64,000 nucleotides of DNA from Candidatus Eiseniibacteriota bacterium (GTDB taxonomy: Bacteria > Eisenbacteria > RBG-16-71-46 > CAIMUX01 > VGJL01): NCBI GenBank assembly GCA_963792585.1, contig CAWBWI010000002.1, forward strand, positions 64,001 to 128,000. The letters are read 5' to 3'. Below, one piece after another: positions 18,574 through 28,723 of this stretch. The notes under the pieces were generated by a model, which saw only the letters and a list, made by a program, of their open reading frames with translations, did no database searches and was not told where the DNA came from. Positions within the stretch are counted from its first letter, which is position 1. Each line of letters opens with the position of its first letter. The position numbers and the translations under genes are program-made.

Positions 18574-20970
18574 ATGAATCCCGTCCAGGAGTCGGCTGCC
18601 ATGAGGTTTCGCATCCACGCCCTCTGGTTCTTCCTGTCGATGGGATCCGTCTATGCCGCATCCGCAGGCGCTGATGGGTTCGTCTCCAATCGCGGACAGC
18701 TCGAGCCGGCGATCCGTTACGCCGCTTCCTGCCGCGACTACTCGATCGGTTTTCGTGCCGATGGCCTCGTGGTCTGCCTGCGCGACCCGGGGAGCCCGCC
18801 ATTGTTCTCCCCGGGCGCGGACGAACGGGACGGCATCGTACCGTCGATTCCGGCGGGCTTCGTTCGTGCACATGCCGTCTGGATCGAGTTCGACGGAGCA
18901 TCCCCATCGTCTCGTGTCGTGGGGCGCGGTCGACGGCCCGAAGTCGCCGCGTTCATCCGGGGCAATCGCGCCGCGGATTGGATTTCGGGAGTCCCGGCCT
19001 TCGATGAGGTCGTCTATCACGATCTCTGGCCGGGGATCGCGCTCGTGTTTTCCATCGATGACGGCGCGCTCGTCTATCGCATCGAAGAGGGGCTGGGTGC
19101 CGATCCCGGAGCGGTGCGGTTTCACTATCGCGGCGCCGATCGAATCGAGGGAGAGACGGGGGGGATCGCGCGCATCCAGACGTCGGTCGGGGCGCTGATC
19201 GATGAGCGCACGTCTCGATCCGGCGGATGGATCCGACGCGAGGAGGCGGGCGATCCCGCGCCGCCGTACGGGCGCCCCCTTCGGGATGATCCATCGGCCC
19301 TGGGGTGGGGCGCGTACCTGGGTGGAACCCAGGGCGACTATGCGTACGGAGTCCTGCGTGGGGCCGCCGGGCGGCTGATCGTGACGGGAACCACTCTTTC
19401 ATCCGACTTTCCCGCGACGCCGGGCGCCTACGACATGTCGGCGAACGGAACTTGGGATGTCTTCGTCTCGGCGATCGATGCCGGGACGGGGGCGCTGCAA
19501 TGGAGCACCTTCCTCGGCGGAGGCGGCGCCGATCTGGCGCGCGCGATCGTGGAGGATGGCGCGGGAGACCTCCTGCTGACGGGCAAGACCGAGTCATTGG
19601 ACTTCCCCACGACCCCGGGGGCCTTCGACCGCACCTTCGGAGGAGCCGCGGATGTCTTCGTCGCCAAGCTCGACGCATCGGGCGACTCCCTCCGCTGGAG
19701 CACGCTTCTGGGCGCAGCCGACTACGAGATCGCCTTCGGGCTCGCAGCGGATCCGGCTGCGGGCGTGATCGTCGCCGGGTACACGCAGTCGTCGGGCTAT
19801 CCCACGACGCGCGGGGCCTTCGACGAGGTGTACAACGGGGGTTTCGATGTGTTCGTCACGAATCTCGACACCGCGGGGCACGCCCTGATCTGGAGCACGT
19901 TGCTCGGGGGCGGTAACGATGACCGCGCCTACGATCTCGCGCGCGATTCCGGTGGAAACCTCCTCCTGACCGCCTGGACCCAATCTCCCGATTTCCCCAC
20001 GACGGATGGCGCATACGACCAGACGTACAACGGCAGTTCCGACGTCTACGTCGCGAAGCTGAGCGGATCGGGCGACGCTCTGCTCTGGAGCACGTTCCTC
20101 GGTGGTGGGGATCTCGAGCGCGCCTACGGGGTCGCCATCGATCCTGCAGGCAATCCAACCGTCGCGGGGCTGGTCCACTCGTTCGATTTTCCCGTGACGC
20201 CCGGAGCGTTCGACGCCACCTACAACGGCGCCGGCGACGGCTTCGTGACGAAGCTCAGCAGTGACGGGGCCGCGCTGCTGTGGAGCACGTTCCTGGGCGG
20301 CCAGGGAGAGGATCAGCTCCACGACATCGGCCTCGACGGGGGCGGCCACCCCGTCGTGACCGGCAGTTCTATCTCCGCGGACTACCCGATCACGATCGGT
20401 TCGTTGGACGGTTCGGCGAACGGGGGCGGGGACGCGGTCGTGACGGTGCTGGAGCCGGGCGGAGGCACGCTACGTTCCAGCACCTATCTGGGGGGAGGTC
20501 TTTTCGACAACGGCAATGCCCTGGTTGCCGGTGAAGGCAATGACGTCTTCGTGGTCGGGGAGACGGAATCGCTCGACTTTCCGACGACACCCGGAGGCGC
20601 CGACTCATCAGCCAACGGCCAGCTGGATGGGTTCGCCGTCCGCTTGGGCATGATGGCCGTTTCCGGAATCGCGAACGAAGGTCCGCATCCCCGCCCCGCG
20701 TCGCTGCTGATTCACCCCAATCCGTTCCGCGTGGAGACCCGGATCTTCGCGCGCCTGCCGGTCGAATGCCGCGCGCGCGGGCAGGTGATCGACGCGGCGG
20801 GTCGCGTCGTTCGCGTCCTCGCCGTCGCCCGCCTTCAGGAAGCGGGTCTTCATCAGTGGATCTGGGACGGACGGGACGACTTCGGGAGACCGCTCCCCAC
20901 GGGGGTCTACTTCTTCCGTCCGGATGCCGGTCCGTGGCATCGGGGACGTTCGATCACGTTACTTCGATGA
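18574..20970 (+). CDS. SBBP beta-propeller repeat protein with C-terminal FlgD-Ig-like domain
   Basis: 'FVSNRGQ' N-terminal domain; repeated 'WSTFLGG..D..G.T.S.DFP.T.GA(F/Y)D..DVFV'; 'PNPF..WDGRDDFG'. Confidence 0.88.
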   Translation: MNPVQESAAMRFRIHALWFFLSMGSVYAASAGADGFVSNRGQLEPAIRYAASCRDYSIGFRADGLVVCLRDPGSPPLFSPGADERDGIVPSIPAGFVRAHAVWIEFDGASPSSRVVGRGRRPEVAAFIRGNRAADWISGVPAFDEVVYHDLWPGIALVFSIDDGALVYRIEEGLGADPGAVRFHYRGADRIEGETGGIARIQTSVGALIDERTSRSGGWIRREEAGDPAPPYGRPLRDDPSALGWGAYLGGTQGDYAYGVLRGAAGRLIVTGTTLSSDFPATPGAYDMSANGTWDVFVSAIDAGTGALQWSTFLGGGGADLARAIVEDGAGDLLLTGKTESLDFPTTPGAFDRTFGGAADVFVAKLDASGDSLRWSTLLGAADYEIAFGLAADPAAGVIVAGYTQSSGYPTTRGAFDEVYNGGFDVFVTNLDTAGHALIWSTLLGGGNDDRAYDLARDSGGNLLLTAWTQSPDFPTTDGAYDQTYNGSSDVYVAKLSGSGDALLWSTFLGGGDLERAYGVAIDPAGNPTVAGLVHSFDFPVTPGAFDATYNGAGDGFVTKLSSDGAALLWSTFLGGQGEDQLHDIGLDGGGHPVVTGSSISADYPITIGSLDGSANGGGDAVVTVLEPGGGTLRSSTYLGGGLFDNGNALVAGEGNDVFVVGETESLDFPTTPGGADSSANGQLDGFAVRLGMMAVSGIANEGPHPRPASLLIHPNPFRVETRIFARLPVECRARGQVIDAAGRVVRVLAVARLQEAGLHQWIWDGRDDFGRPLPTGVYFFRPDAGPWHRGRSITLLR

Positions 20971-21022
20971 AAGCGCGACATCCGTTCGCGCACTCTGTCC
21001 CGATGGAGTCTCGCCGCTCGGA

Positions 21023-21976
21023 CTAACCGCCGGCGGGTGTCGGGTGTCTGCTCGCCTCCGTCCGTGAGAGGGCCTCTCGGCACGCCGGCGCTTGCGGGTT
21101 GGCCGGCCACATGTCGAGAGCGCGGCGCAGGTGATCGGTTGCGGCCGTGTCTCCGAGTTGCTCCTCGATCAAGCCCAGTTGGCTCAGGATGCGCGCGATC
21201 GCCGGGTCCCGGTCGAGCTGTTGGCGGATCGACTCGATGTCATAGCGTGCGAGATCCTCAGCGGATGGTCCTCTCGCGAGCGTTGCCTCGATATCACGGA
21301 CAACCACGGGGTCCTCGGTGATCGACTCCTTCGACGCCACGAGCATGTTTCGATAGGAGGTCATCGGATCCTCCCAAGCGCGCAGCGCCGCGCGGAATTC
21401 TTCGCGCGCGCCGGACAGATCACCGGCGGCCTCCCGGATCTCCCCGAGGCGGGCGTGGATCACCTCCGCTTTGAATCCCGCGGCGAGGGCTTCGTTGTAG
21501 TAGCCGATCGCCGTCGACGGCTCTCCCTTCTTGAAGTGGATCTCGGCGATGTTGTAGAGGATCGTGCCGCGCTGGCGCGTCTCCGTGGTCAGAGCATCGC
21601 GGAGCAACCGTAGCCCTTCGTCGAATCGGCCCAACTGCCCGTAAACGACGGCCGCGTTGACCCGTGCCGGCACGTGGTCCGGATGAGCTCTCAGCGCCCG
21701 TTCGTACCAGCCGAGGGCCGCGGGGAAGTTCTTGTCCCGAACGCAAGCGTTTCCGCGATCCGCGTAGGAGATCGCCTCCGCCTTCGCGCCCGGATGAGAG
21801 AGGGCCTCGAGCCACGGCGGATCGAAGAGCGAGACGACGGCGAAAGCCATCAGGAAGGTCCAGATTCCCAGCAGGATCCACAGGACGAGATCTCGACCAC
21901 CGCCGGTGTGAGCGGGTGGGGCAGGGCCGCCGGCCGCGCGAGGGTCAGCAGGTGGTGTGGATGACGAAGAGGACAT
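21023..21976 (-). CDS. Membrane-anchored TPR protein
   Basis: N-terminal TM helix followed by several TPR-like repeats. Confidence 0.75.
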   Translation of the reverse strand: MSSSSSTPPADPRAAGGPAPPAHTGGGRDLVLWILLGIWTFLMAFAVVSLFDPPWLEALSHPGAKAEAISYADRGNACVRDKNFPAALGWYERALRAHPDHVPARVNAAVVYGQLGRFDEGLRLLRDALTTETRQRGTILYNIAEIHFKKGEPSTAIGYYNEALAAGFKAEVIHARLGEIREAAGDLSGAREEFRAALRAWEDPMTSYRNMLVASKESITEDPVVVRDIEATLARGPSAEDLARYDIESIRQQLDRDPAIARILSQLGLIEEQLGDTAATDHLRRALDMWPANPQAPACREALSRTEASRHPTPAGG

Positions 21977-23208
21977 TCTTTCCCTGCCGTTTGAGTTGAT
22001 TGTAGCGATCGCACGCTTCCGCAGTCGGGAGGATGATGACCTGGGTGCCGACCTTGGTGTACTTGTTGTAGACGAACTGGCTGCCTCTCTGCAGCTGAAA
22101 GCCCCTGCCCCCAAGTCCCTGATATCCCGAACCGATCAGAACGACGTCTGCGCGCTGGCGATTGAGGAATTCCTCGATCCCGCGCATTGAAGTAGTGTTT
22201 CTTGTCCACGAGACGGAAGCCGCCTTCCGGGAAGAGCATCACATCGAAGAACGGAATCGGTATCCCCTTGTAGACCGTGAGCCCATAGCGGTGCGCCGCA
22301 ATCCCGTCGTCGCGATGACGGAAGATCTGGATCGCTCCCGCGAGGACGCTGATGACGGCGAGCGCGAGCATTGCTCGTCCGATCAGGCGGAACTGGCTGA
22401 GGTGCAACAGCAGAAAGAAGGCGAGGGACGAGACGATGGTGAGCGCGAGGACGCCCCAGGTGTAGCCGACGTCGGCGAGTAGAGAACTGAATCCGAGAAG
22501 GAAGAGGGCGGAGGCGGTTATCAGGACCCAGACGCTCGGCGCGTGATCGAAGTATGCTCTCAGCGACGGTCGCCGGATCCGCCTCCACTTTCCGCCCGCA
22601 AGCTCCTTGTGCTCCTTCGCGATGAGGAGCGCGGTGATCCCCGTCAGCGCCCCCCAGGCATCCTTGCCGATGTCGCTCATGTCGAAGATCCGGCTCGTGA
22701 TCGCGAGCTGCAGACCTTCGTCGAACGCCGAGTAGAGAATGGCCAGACCGAATGTCGTGAGCAGAATGCGGGCGAGTGGGCGGCCCTTGGACGTCAGATC
22801 CCGGTATGCCAGGAGGGCGAAGATGCCATAGGCGATGTAGTGCCAGTTGACCTGCAGTTCATAGAACCTGTGCCCGAAGTAGAAATCCGTGATCTGTTGG
22901 GCCAGGGCGATCATGGCCACGGCGGCTGCGGCGGCGATCAGGCGCCGGCGGGTCAGCTTCGGCCGGAATGTCCACAGCAACGCGGCGACGAGGGCGGCCG
23001 CCACCGTCGGCACGATGGGGATCGCGAGACCCCCAACCGAGAATGTGGAGAGCGACAGCTTGCCGATCGCGCTCTGCAGGAAGTTGCGGAGCATGATGAA
23101 CGGCGTCGCGACGAGGAGGAGGCTGTAGAGCGTCAGCTGGACCCGCGGAGAGTGAATCCCGCGGGGCAGCGAGGGACGGCCCGATTGTCCGATCTTACGG
23201 CGACCCAT
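21945..23208 (-). CDS. VanZ-like multi-TM protein with C-terminal Mth938-like domain (frameshift near 22185)
   Basis: 'HYIAYG..DEGLQ..SRIFDMSDI' (VanZ-like); after 'KKHYFNARD' the -frame ORF 21945..22187 continues 'DVVLIGSG..TAEACDRYN..HTTC'. Confidence 0.65.
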
Positions 23209-23422
23209 CGTGCTCCATTAGGCAATGCAACACAGACAATTATACGCGCCGCGGGGACCGTGTTCAAGGCGCGCGCCCGATCTTCTGACAGGAGATGGGA
23301 GATGACCCCTGCCGTATGGATCGGACGGTGCAGGAATGATCGTGAATGAATCGCGACCTTGCGAACGAAGGAGCGGAAACAGCCGGGGCGGACCGCCGGT
23401 AGGCGCTCCGCCCCGTCATCTC

Positions 23423-23506
23423 TGCGGAAGGGGGGATTTGAACCCCCACGAGGGAACCCTCGCTGGACCCTGAACCCAGTGCGTCTACCAGTTCCGCCAC
23501 TTCCGC
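23423..23506 (-). tRNA. tRNA-Leu(CAG)
   Basis: GCGGAAG/CTTCCGC acceptor stem, anticodon arm CTGGG-TTCAGGG-TCCAG, long variable arm, GTTCAAATC T-loop; CCA not encoded. Confidence 0.93.
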
Positions 23507-23589
23507 GCATCGCGTCCCAAATGAATGGGTTTCGCGGACCGAAGTGCTATGCTATCCACTCGTTACCAGGGAGTCAAGCGGAGGTCTCG

Positions 23590-24078
23590 ATGCCCGTGCC
23601 GAGTTCCGGCGCCGCGCCGGAAGCGATCAAAAGCGTCGTCGTCAACCGCCGGGCGCGGTTCGACTACTTCATCCTCGACAAGGTCGAGGCGGGGATCGCC
23701 TTGCGCGGCACCGAGGTCAAGAGCATCCGCAACGGCAAGGTCAACCTGGGCGATGCGTATGCGCAGATCGAGGACGGCGAGGCCTGGCTGCTCCAGATGC
23801 ACGTGAGCCCCTACGAACAGGGGAACCGCAACAACCACGATCCCCTGCGGCGCCGCAAGCTCCTCATGCACCGACGTCAGATCCTGAAGCTCAAGCAGGC
23901 GACGCAGGAGAAGGGCTTGACCCTGATCCCCCTGGCCCTCTACTTCAAGGGGAGCCACCTCAAGGTAGAGCTAGGCCTGGCGAAGGGAAAGCGGCATCAT
24001 GACCGGCGGGAGGATGTGGCGCGCAGGGATGCGGAACGCGAAATCCAGAGGGCGCGGCGTGGCGATCGGGGCGATTAG
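23590..24078 (+). CDS. smpB: SsrA-binding protein
   Basis: 'NRRARFDY..EAGIALRGTEVKS', 'RKLLMH', 'AKGK..HDRR'. Confidence 0.97.
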   Translation: MPVPSSGAAPEAIKSVVVNRRARFDYFILDKVEAGIALRGTEVKSIRNGKVNLGDAYAQIEDGEAWLLQMHVSPYEQGNRNNHDPLRRRKLLMHRRQILKLKQATQEKGLTLIPLALYFKGSHLKVELGLAKGKRHHDRREDVARRDAEREIQRARRGDRGD

Positions 24079-25507
24079 GCGCTTCCTCATCGTTCTCTGT
24101 AGCTCCGCGCTCGGCATTGCGGTGGCGGGGGCTGCCGACTTCAACCCCGATTCGGTCCTCGTGGTCGTGCCGGGCGATGGTCGCCAGCAGCAGCCGGTCC
24201 CGGTCGTCGAGAGGGGAACGACTGCCTACGTTCCCCTCGGGGCGCTCGCCCGCGCGCTCGGGGTCCCCTTCGCGTGGGATCCCTTTGCGTACAGAGGTTG
24301 GATCGCGACCGACTCCGTCCGAACGACCTTCACCCTCGACAGCCCCGTTCTCACCCACGGTGGGGATCTGATCCAGCTCGCGGCCCCGCTCGGTTACGGG
24401 GAACGCGGCCTACTCATCCCGGTCGACTACCTGCAGGTGCTGACGGAGCGCTGGCATGGAAATCGGACCGTCGCTTGGCGTCCCCAGCGATCGATCTTCT
24501 ACTGGGGAGCCGATGCGCCGGCCACGAAGCAGGTCCGGTTGAGCGAGATCGGCCACCACACGGAACTCAGGCTGATGGCTCCGCGCGCGCCCGCGAGCGA
24601 CGTCTTCTGGTCGCCCGCCGCGGGGCTCGATGTGGTGATCACCGGACTGGCCCCCCATCCGGAGAGTCTCGACATCGGTCCGCCTCGGGGGGTCTTCGCG
24701 ATCCGCGAGGTGCGCGGCTGGCCGGGAGGGGGGCGCATCCTCGTCGATGTCGGGGCCCAGGCCCTCGGGGCGGATGTAGGTTACGACGCGGGGGAGCATG
24801 TTTGGGAACTGACCGGGACGACCTCCCGGGATGAGGTGGACAAGGGAGGATTCCGACCGCTTCAGCCAGCGGATCGTCCCGAGGCGGGCTCCCTGCAAGG
24901 GCCGATCCTCGTGACCTGTTTCGTCGATCCTGCAATCGACCCCGCGGAGGGGGTGACGGCCCTCTCGGATCTTGCCGATCGGATCGTCCGCACACTGTCC
25001 GACACGCTCATGGTGCCGGCCGAGTTCATACCTTCGGTCCGTCCGCTCGATGACGTGGCGCGCGCCAACGCCGCGCACGCCCGCTGTCTCATCGGGCTGC
25101 GGCTCGACCGCTACGGAACGGGCGTGGGCGCCCTGCAGATCTGGGCCGCGGCACCAAGGCTTCGATGGGAGCCCCTGGAGCGGGCCAATGCGACGACACG
25201 CCGGCCCATGCTCTGGAGCGAGGCGCCCGCGCTCTCGCGGGCCGAGTCGAACCGCATCGCCTCGAGCCTCGCATCCCACATCGAGTCGCTGCTCGGTAGC
25301 GGCAAGATCGACGTGGGGAGCCGGCCTTCGCGCTGGCTCGAAGGGACCACGATGCCCGCCCTCCTGATCTATCCCGCTCAACTGAACGACCCGATCTCGC
25401 TCGAACGGTTGATGAACTTCGGTCAACGGGCGGGACTTGCGCGCGCGATCAGCTTCGCGATCGCCGAGGCGCTCACTGCCAGCTCGTACATCGAGGCGAC
25501 GCCGTGA
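24059..25507 (+). CDS. N-acetylmuramoyl-L-alanine amidase-like protein, apparently inactive (start uncertain)
   Basis: Signal peptide, stalk-like N-terminus, Amidase_3-like C-terminus lacking Zn ligands; amidase-GerMN-murI context. Confidence 0.6.
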   Translation: MAIGAIRRFLIVLCSSALGIAVAGAADFNPDSVLVVVPGDGRQQQPVPVVERGTTAYVPLGALARALGVPFAWDPFAYRGWIATDSVRTTFTLDSPVLTHGGDLIQLAAPLGYGERGLLIPVDYLQVLTERWHGNRTVAWRPQRSIFYWGADAPATKQVRLSEIGHHTELRLMAPRAPASDVFWSPAAGLDVVITGLAPHPESLDIGPPRGVFAIREVRGWPGGGRILVDVGAQALGADVGYDAGEHVWELTGTTSRDEVDKGGFRPLQPADRPEAGSLQGPILVTCFVDPAIDPAEGVTALSDLADRIVRTLSDTLMVPAEFIPSVRPLDDVARANAAHARCLIGLRLDRYGTGVGALQIWAAAPRLRWEPLERANATTRRPMLWSEAPALSRAESNRIASSLASHIESLLGSGKIDVGSRPSRWLEGTTMPALLIYPAQLNDPISLERLMNFGQRAGLARAISFAIAEALTASSYIEATP

Positions 25508-26073
25508 GGCGCCTGCTCTGGATCGGGGCCGCGGTCGCCGTCCTCGTGGCGGGCTTCTTCATCGTACGCGGGCTGGGCATTCTCGCGGGCCAGCTGCCGG
25601 AGATCGGCGGCGGGAAAGGCCCGGCCCCTGGAGCGTCGATGCGGATGGTTCGTCTCTACTTCGGCGCGCGGGATCATGTCGCGCTGGTGGGCGAGGATCG
25701 CGCGATCCAGGATCCCGGAGCGGACGACCGACTCGTCGAGGCCATCGTTCGCGAGGTGTTCAAGGGGTCCGCGACCGGGGTCTGCGGGCTTTCCAGGGAG
25801 ACTCGCGTGCGCGCTTTCTACCGCGCGCCGGACGGAACGGGATACCTCGACCTCTCCTCGGAGTTCCTCTCCCGATGGCCGCAGGGGGACGGTTACGAGT
25901 GGGTGAGCCTCGCCGCCCTCGTCCGCTCGATCACGGAGAATGTGCCCTCGATTCGCTGCGTCCAGATCCTCGTGAACGGGCAGGTCGTCGATCGCACTCC
26001 CGGCTCGATCCCGCTCGATCTGCCCCTCGAGGCCGACGGCTTCGGCGCGATGACCCCGGAGGTGAGCCGATGA
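25504..26073 (+). CDS. GerMN domain protein
   Basis: TM anchor; 'RLYF', 'YLDLSSEF', 'LVRSITEN..VQILVNG'. Confidence 0.85.
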   Translation: MRRLLWIGAAVAVLVAGFFIVRGLGILAGQLPEIGGGKGPAPGASMRMVRLYFGARDHVALVGEDRAIQDPGADDRLVEAIVREVFKGSATGVCGLSRETRVRAFYRAPDGTGYLDLSSEFLSRWPQGDGYEWVSLAALVRSITENVPSIRCVQILVNGQVVDRTPGSIPLDLPLEADGFGAMTPEVSR

Positions 26074-26924
26074 CAGCGCCTGTGCCGCCGGCGGCCGTCG
26101 ATCCGCGCGAGCGGCCGATCGGCGTGTTCGACTCGGGGATCGGAGGGCTGACCGTCGTTCGTGAAATGCTCGCGCAGCTGCCCGCCGAGCACGTCCTCTA
26201 CTTTGGTGATTCGGCCCGCGTGCCGTACGGAAGCAAGTCGCCCGAGACGGTCACGCGCTTCTCGATCGAGAACACCCACTTCCTTCTGCGTCGCGGAATC
26301 AAGTTCCTGGTCGTCGCCTGCAACACGGCGAGCGCCATCGCCCTGCCGGTTCTCGCCCGCCGGTTCGAGATTCCCCTGATCGGCGTGATCGCCCCCGGGG
26401 CCCGCGAGGCCGTTCGGCTCACGCGCAACAAGAGGATCGGCGTCATTGGAACCACGGGCACGGTCGGCTCGAAGGCCTACGAGACGGCGATCGCCGGACT
26501 GGACCCCGCATGCACGGTCGATGCCGTCGCCTGTCCGCTCTTCGTTCCACTGGCGGAGGACGGGTGGACGGAGGGGGATGTGCCGCGCCGGATCGCGAAG
26601 ACCTATCTCGAACCATTGATTCAGAAGGGCGTCGACACGGTGATCCTGGGCTGCACGCACTATCCGATTCTGCGGCCCGTCATCGCCGAGGCGCTGGGTC
26701 CATCGATCACCCTGGTGGATACGGCACAGTCCACGGTCGGCGAAGCGCGGGAACGCCTCGAGGCCCTCGGCCTGCTCCGCGATGAGCCCGGCACGGGCGA
26801 GCGTCGATTCTTTCTGAGCGATGTTCCGGCCCGCTTCGCCGAGACCGGCGGGCGGTTCCTCGGCACGGCGATCGACGATCTGACGTGGGTCGAGCAGTCC
26901 GATCTTCCCTGGTACGAACGATAG
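26070..26924 (+). CDS. murI: Glutamate racemase
   Basis: 'IGVFDSGIGGLTV', 'PYG', 'VACNTAS', 'LGCTHYP'. Confidence 0.97.
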   Translation: MTAPVPPAAVDPRERPIGVFDSGIGGLTVVREMLAQLPAEHVLYFGDSARVPYGSKSPETVTRFSIENTHFLLRRGIKFLVVACNTASAIALPVLARRFEIPLIGVIAPGAREAVRLTRNKRIGVIGTTGTVGSKAYETAIAGLDPACTVDAVACPLFVPLAEDGWTEGDVPRRIAKTYLEPLIQKGVDTVILGCTHYPILRPVIAEALGPSITLVDTAQSTVGEARERLEALGLLRDEPGTGERRFFLSDVPARFAETGGRFLGTAIDDLTWVEQSDLPWYER

Positions 26925-26940
26925 GAAGGACCCTGAATCG

Positions 26941-27732
26941 ATGAGCGACGAGACGATTCCCGCCTCGGCGGGAGAGACGAAGCCTGCCGTGCGGCGCGCC
27001 GACGGGCGAACGCCGGCTGCCCTGCGAAAGGTTCAGATCGTGCGCGGGGTCGCGCGTCTGGCCGAAGGGTCCGCTTGGATCCGGCTCGGCAACACGCAGG
27101 TCCTCTGCACCGTCACCGTGGACGAGCGTCTCCCCAATTGGATGCGGGGGAGCAAGGGGCAGGGCTGGATCACGGCGGAGTACGGGATGCTCCCGCGGGC
27201 CGTGCCCGAGCGCGCGGCGCGGGGACGCGTGTCGGGCCGTTCCTTCGAGATCCAGCGATTGATCGGCCGCTGCCTTCGCGCCGCCGTCGATCTGCGCGCG
27301 ATGGGGGAGCGGATGATCACGGTCGACTGCGACGTCCTCGATGCGGACGGCGGGACCCGGGTCGCCTCGATCACCGCCGGCTGGGTCGCCCTCTATGACT
27401 GCTTCGAGCGGATGCGCGCGGCGAAGCAGATCAGTGGCAACCCCCTGAAGAACAGGATCGCCGCCGTGAGCGTCGGCCTGGTGGACGGTGCGGGCCTCCT
27501 CGATCTCTGTCACACGGAGGATTCGCGGGCCCAGGTGGATCTCAACATCGTCGGCACCCTGGATGGGAAGCTCGTCGAGATCCAGGGGGCGGCCGAAGGG
27601 GAGCCGTTCGAGGAGTCGGACGTCCGGCAGTTGATCCGGATCGCGCGGCGCGGTCTGGCGGGGATGTTCCGCGCGCAGGAGAAGGCGATCGCGCGGCCGG
27701 GTCGGCCGGGCATCGACCTGCCGGGGCGCTGA
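26941..27732 (+). CDS. rph: Ribonuclease PH
   Basis: 'AEGS..GNTQVLCT', 'WITAEYGMLP', 'EIQRLIGR', 'DCDVLDADGGTR'. Confidence 0.97.
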   Translation: MSDETIPASAGETKPAVRRADGRTPAALRKVQIVRGVARLAEGSAWIRLGNTQVLCTVTVDERLPNWMRGSKGQGWITAEYGMLPRAVPERAARGRVSGRSFEIQRLIGRCLRAAVDLRAMGERMITVDCDVLDADGGTRVASITAGWVALYDCFERMRAAKQISGNPLKNRIAAVSVGLVDGAGLLDLCHTEDSRAQVDLNIVGTLDGKLVEIQGAAEGEPFEESDVRQLIRIARRGLAGMFRAQEKAIARPGRPGIDLPGR

Positions 27733-28331
27733 TGAAGATCGTCCTGGCAACCGGCAACCTCGACAAGATACGCGAGCTGCGTCACGCCCTCGACGGTTTG
27801 GCCATCGAGATTCTGACGCGGGACGACTTCCCGGGCATTCCGGAGACGATCGAGGACGGGGCGACGCTGGACGCGAACGCCCTCAAGAAGGCGCGGGAAC
27901 TCTGCGAGGCGACCGGTCTGCCGGCGGTGGCCGACGACACCGGCCTCGAGGTCGACGCATTGAACGGGGAGCCCGGGGTCTATTCGAGCCGTTTCGCGGG
28001 GCCGGGCGCGACCTATGCGGACAACGTGAATCTGTTGTTGAAAAGGATGGAGGGGGTCCCCGAGAAAGCGCGGAGGGCGCAATTCCGTTGTGTGATCGCG
28101 CTTGTGGAGCCCGCCGGGGCGGAGATCCTGGTTGAAGGGGTCTGCGAGGGACGGATCCTGACGGAGGCGCGGGGAGACGAGGGCTTCGGCTACGACCCGA
28201 TCTTTCTGGTGCCGTCGTTCGGACGGACGTTCGCCGAGATGAGCGTGGCTGAAAAGGACGGGATCAGTCACCGCGGGCGCGCGATGGCGCGCATGCGACG
28301 CCTTCTGGAGGAACGCTTCCTGCTTTCGTAA
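27732..28331 (+). CDS. rdgB: dITP/XTP pyrophosphatase
   Basis: 'ATGN..K', 'DDTGLEVDALNGEPGVYS', 'GFGYDPIF', 'SHRG'. Confidence 0.96.
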   Translation: MKIVLATGNLDKIRELRHALDGLAIEILTRDDFPGIPETIEDGATLDANALKKARELCEATGLPAVADDTGLEVDALNGEPGVYSSRFAGPGATYADNVNLLLKRMEGVPEKARRAQFRCVIALVEPAGAEILVEGVCEGRILTEARGDEGFGYDPIFLVPSFGRTFAEMSVAEKDGISHRGRAMARMRRLLEERFLLS

Positions 28332-28333
28332 GG

Positions 28334-28410
28334 TGGCGCGCCCGGAGGGGATCGAACCCCCGACCCGCGGATTAGAAATCCGCTGCTCTATCCGACTGAG
28401 CTACGGGCGC
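28334..28410 (-). tRNA. tRNA-Arg(TCT)
   Basis: GCGCCCG acceptor, anticodon arm GCGGA-TTTCTAA-TCCGC, GTTCGATC T-loop, CCA encoded. Confidence 0.95.
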
Positions 28411-28440
28411 GCGAGCGCGGGCCGAAGAGGATGGAAAAGG

Positions 28441-28517
28441 TGGGGTGGGTAGCGGGGCTTGAACCCGCGACACCTGGAACCACAATCCAGTGCTCTACCA
28501 ACTGAGCTATACCCACC
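28441..28517 (-). tRNA. tRNA-His(GTG)
   Basis: G-1 plus GTGGGTA acceptor, anticodon loop TTGTGGT, CCA encoded. Confidence 0.95.
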
Positions 28518-28541
28518 GCCGATTCGTCCTGGGAGTGTCCG

Positions 28542-28615
<74 letters not shown>

Positions 28616-28723
28616 TTAATCTGTCTGCCAGGGGGCAGATGGGATCCTACGGTAGGTGGCTTCGCATTGACAAGGGGGTCGGAACCGGCTTTCCTGGGGG
28701 TCGCCGGAGAGGAAGGAAACCAA

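Noticed and set aside
17040..20620. DNA repeats as mobile or CRISPR repeats
   Set aside because: They are in-frame CHRD and SBBP protein repeats
23359..23589. N-terminal extension of SmpB in the ORF track
   Set aside because: Overlaps tRNA-Leu on the opposite strand; better start at 23590
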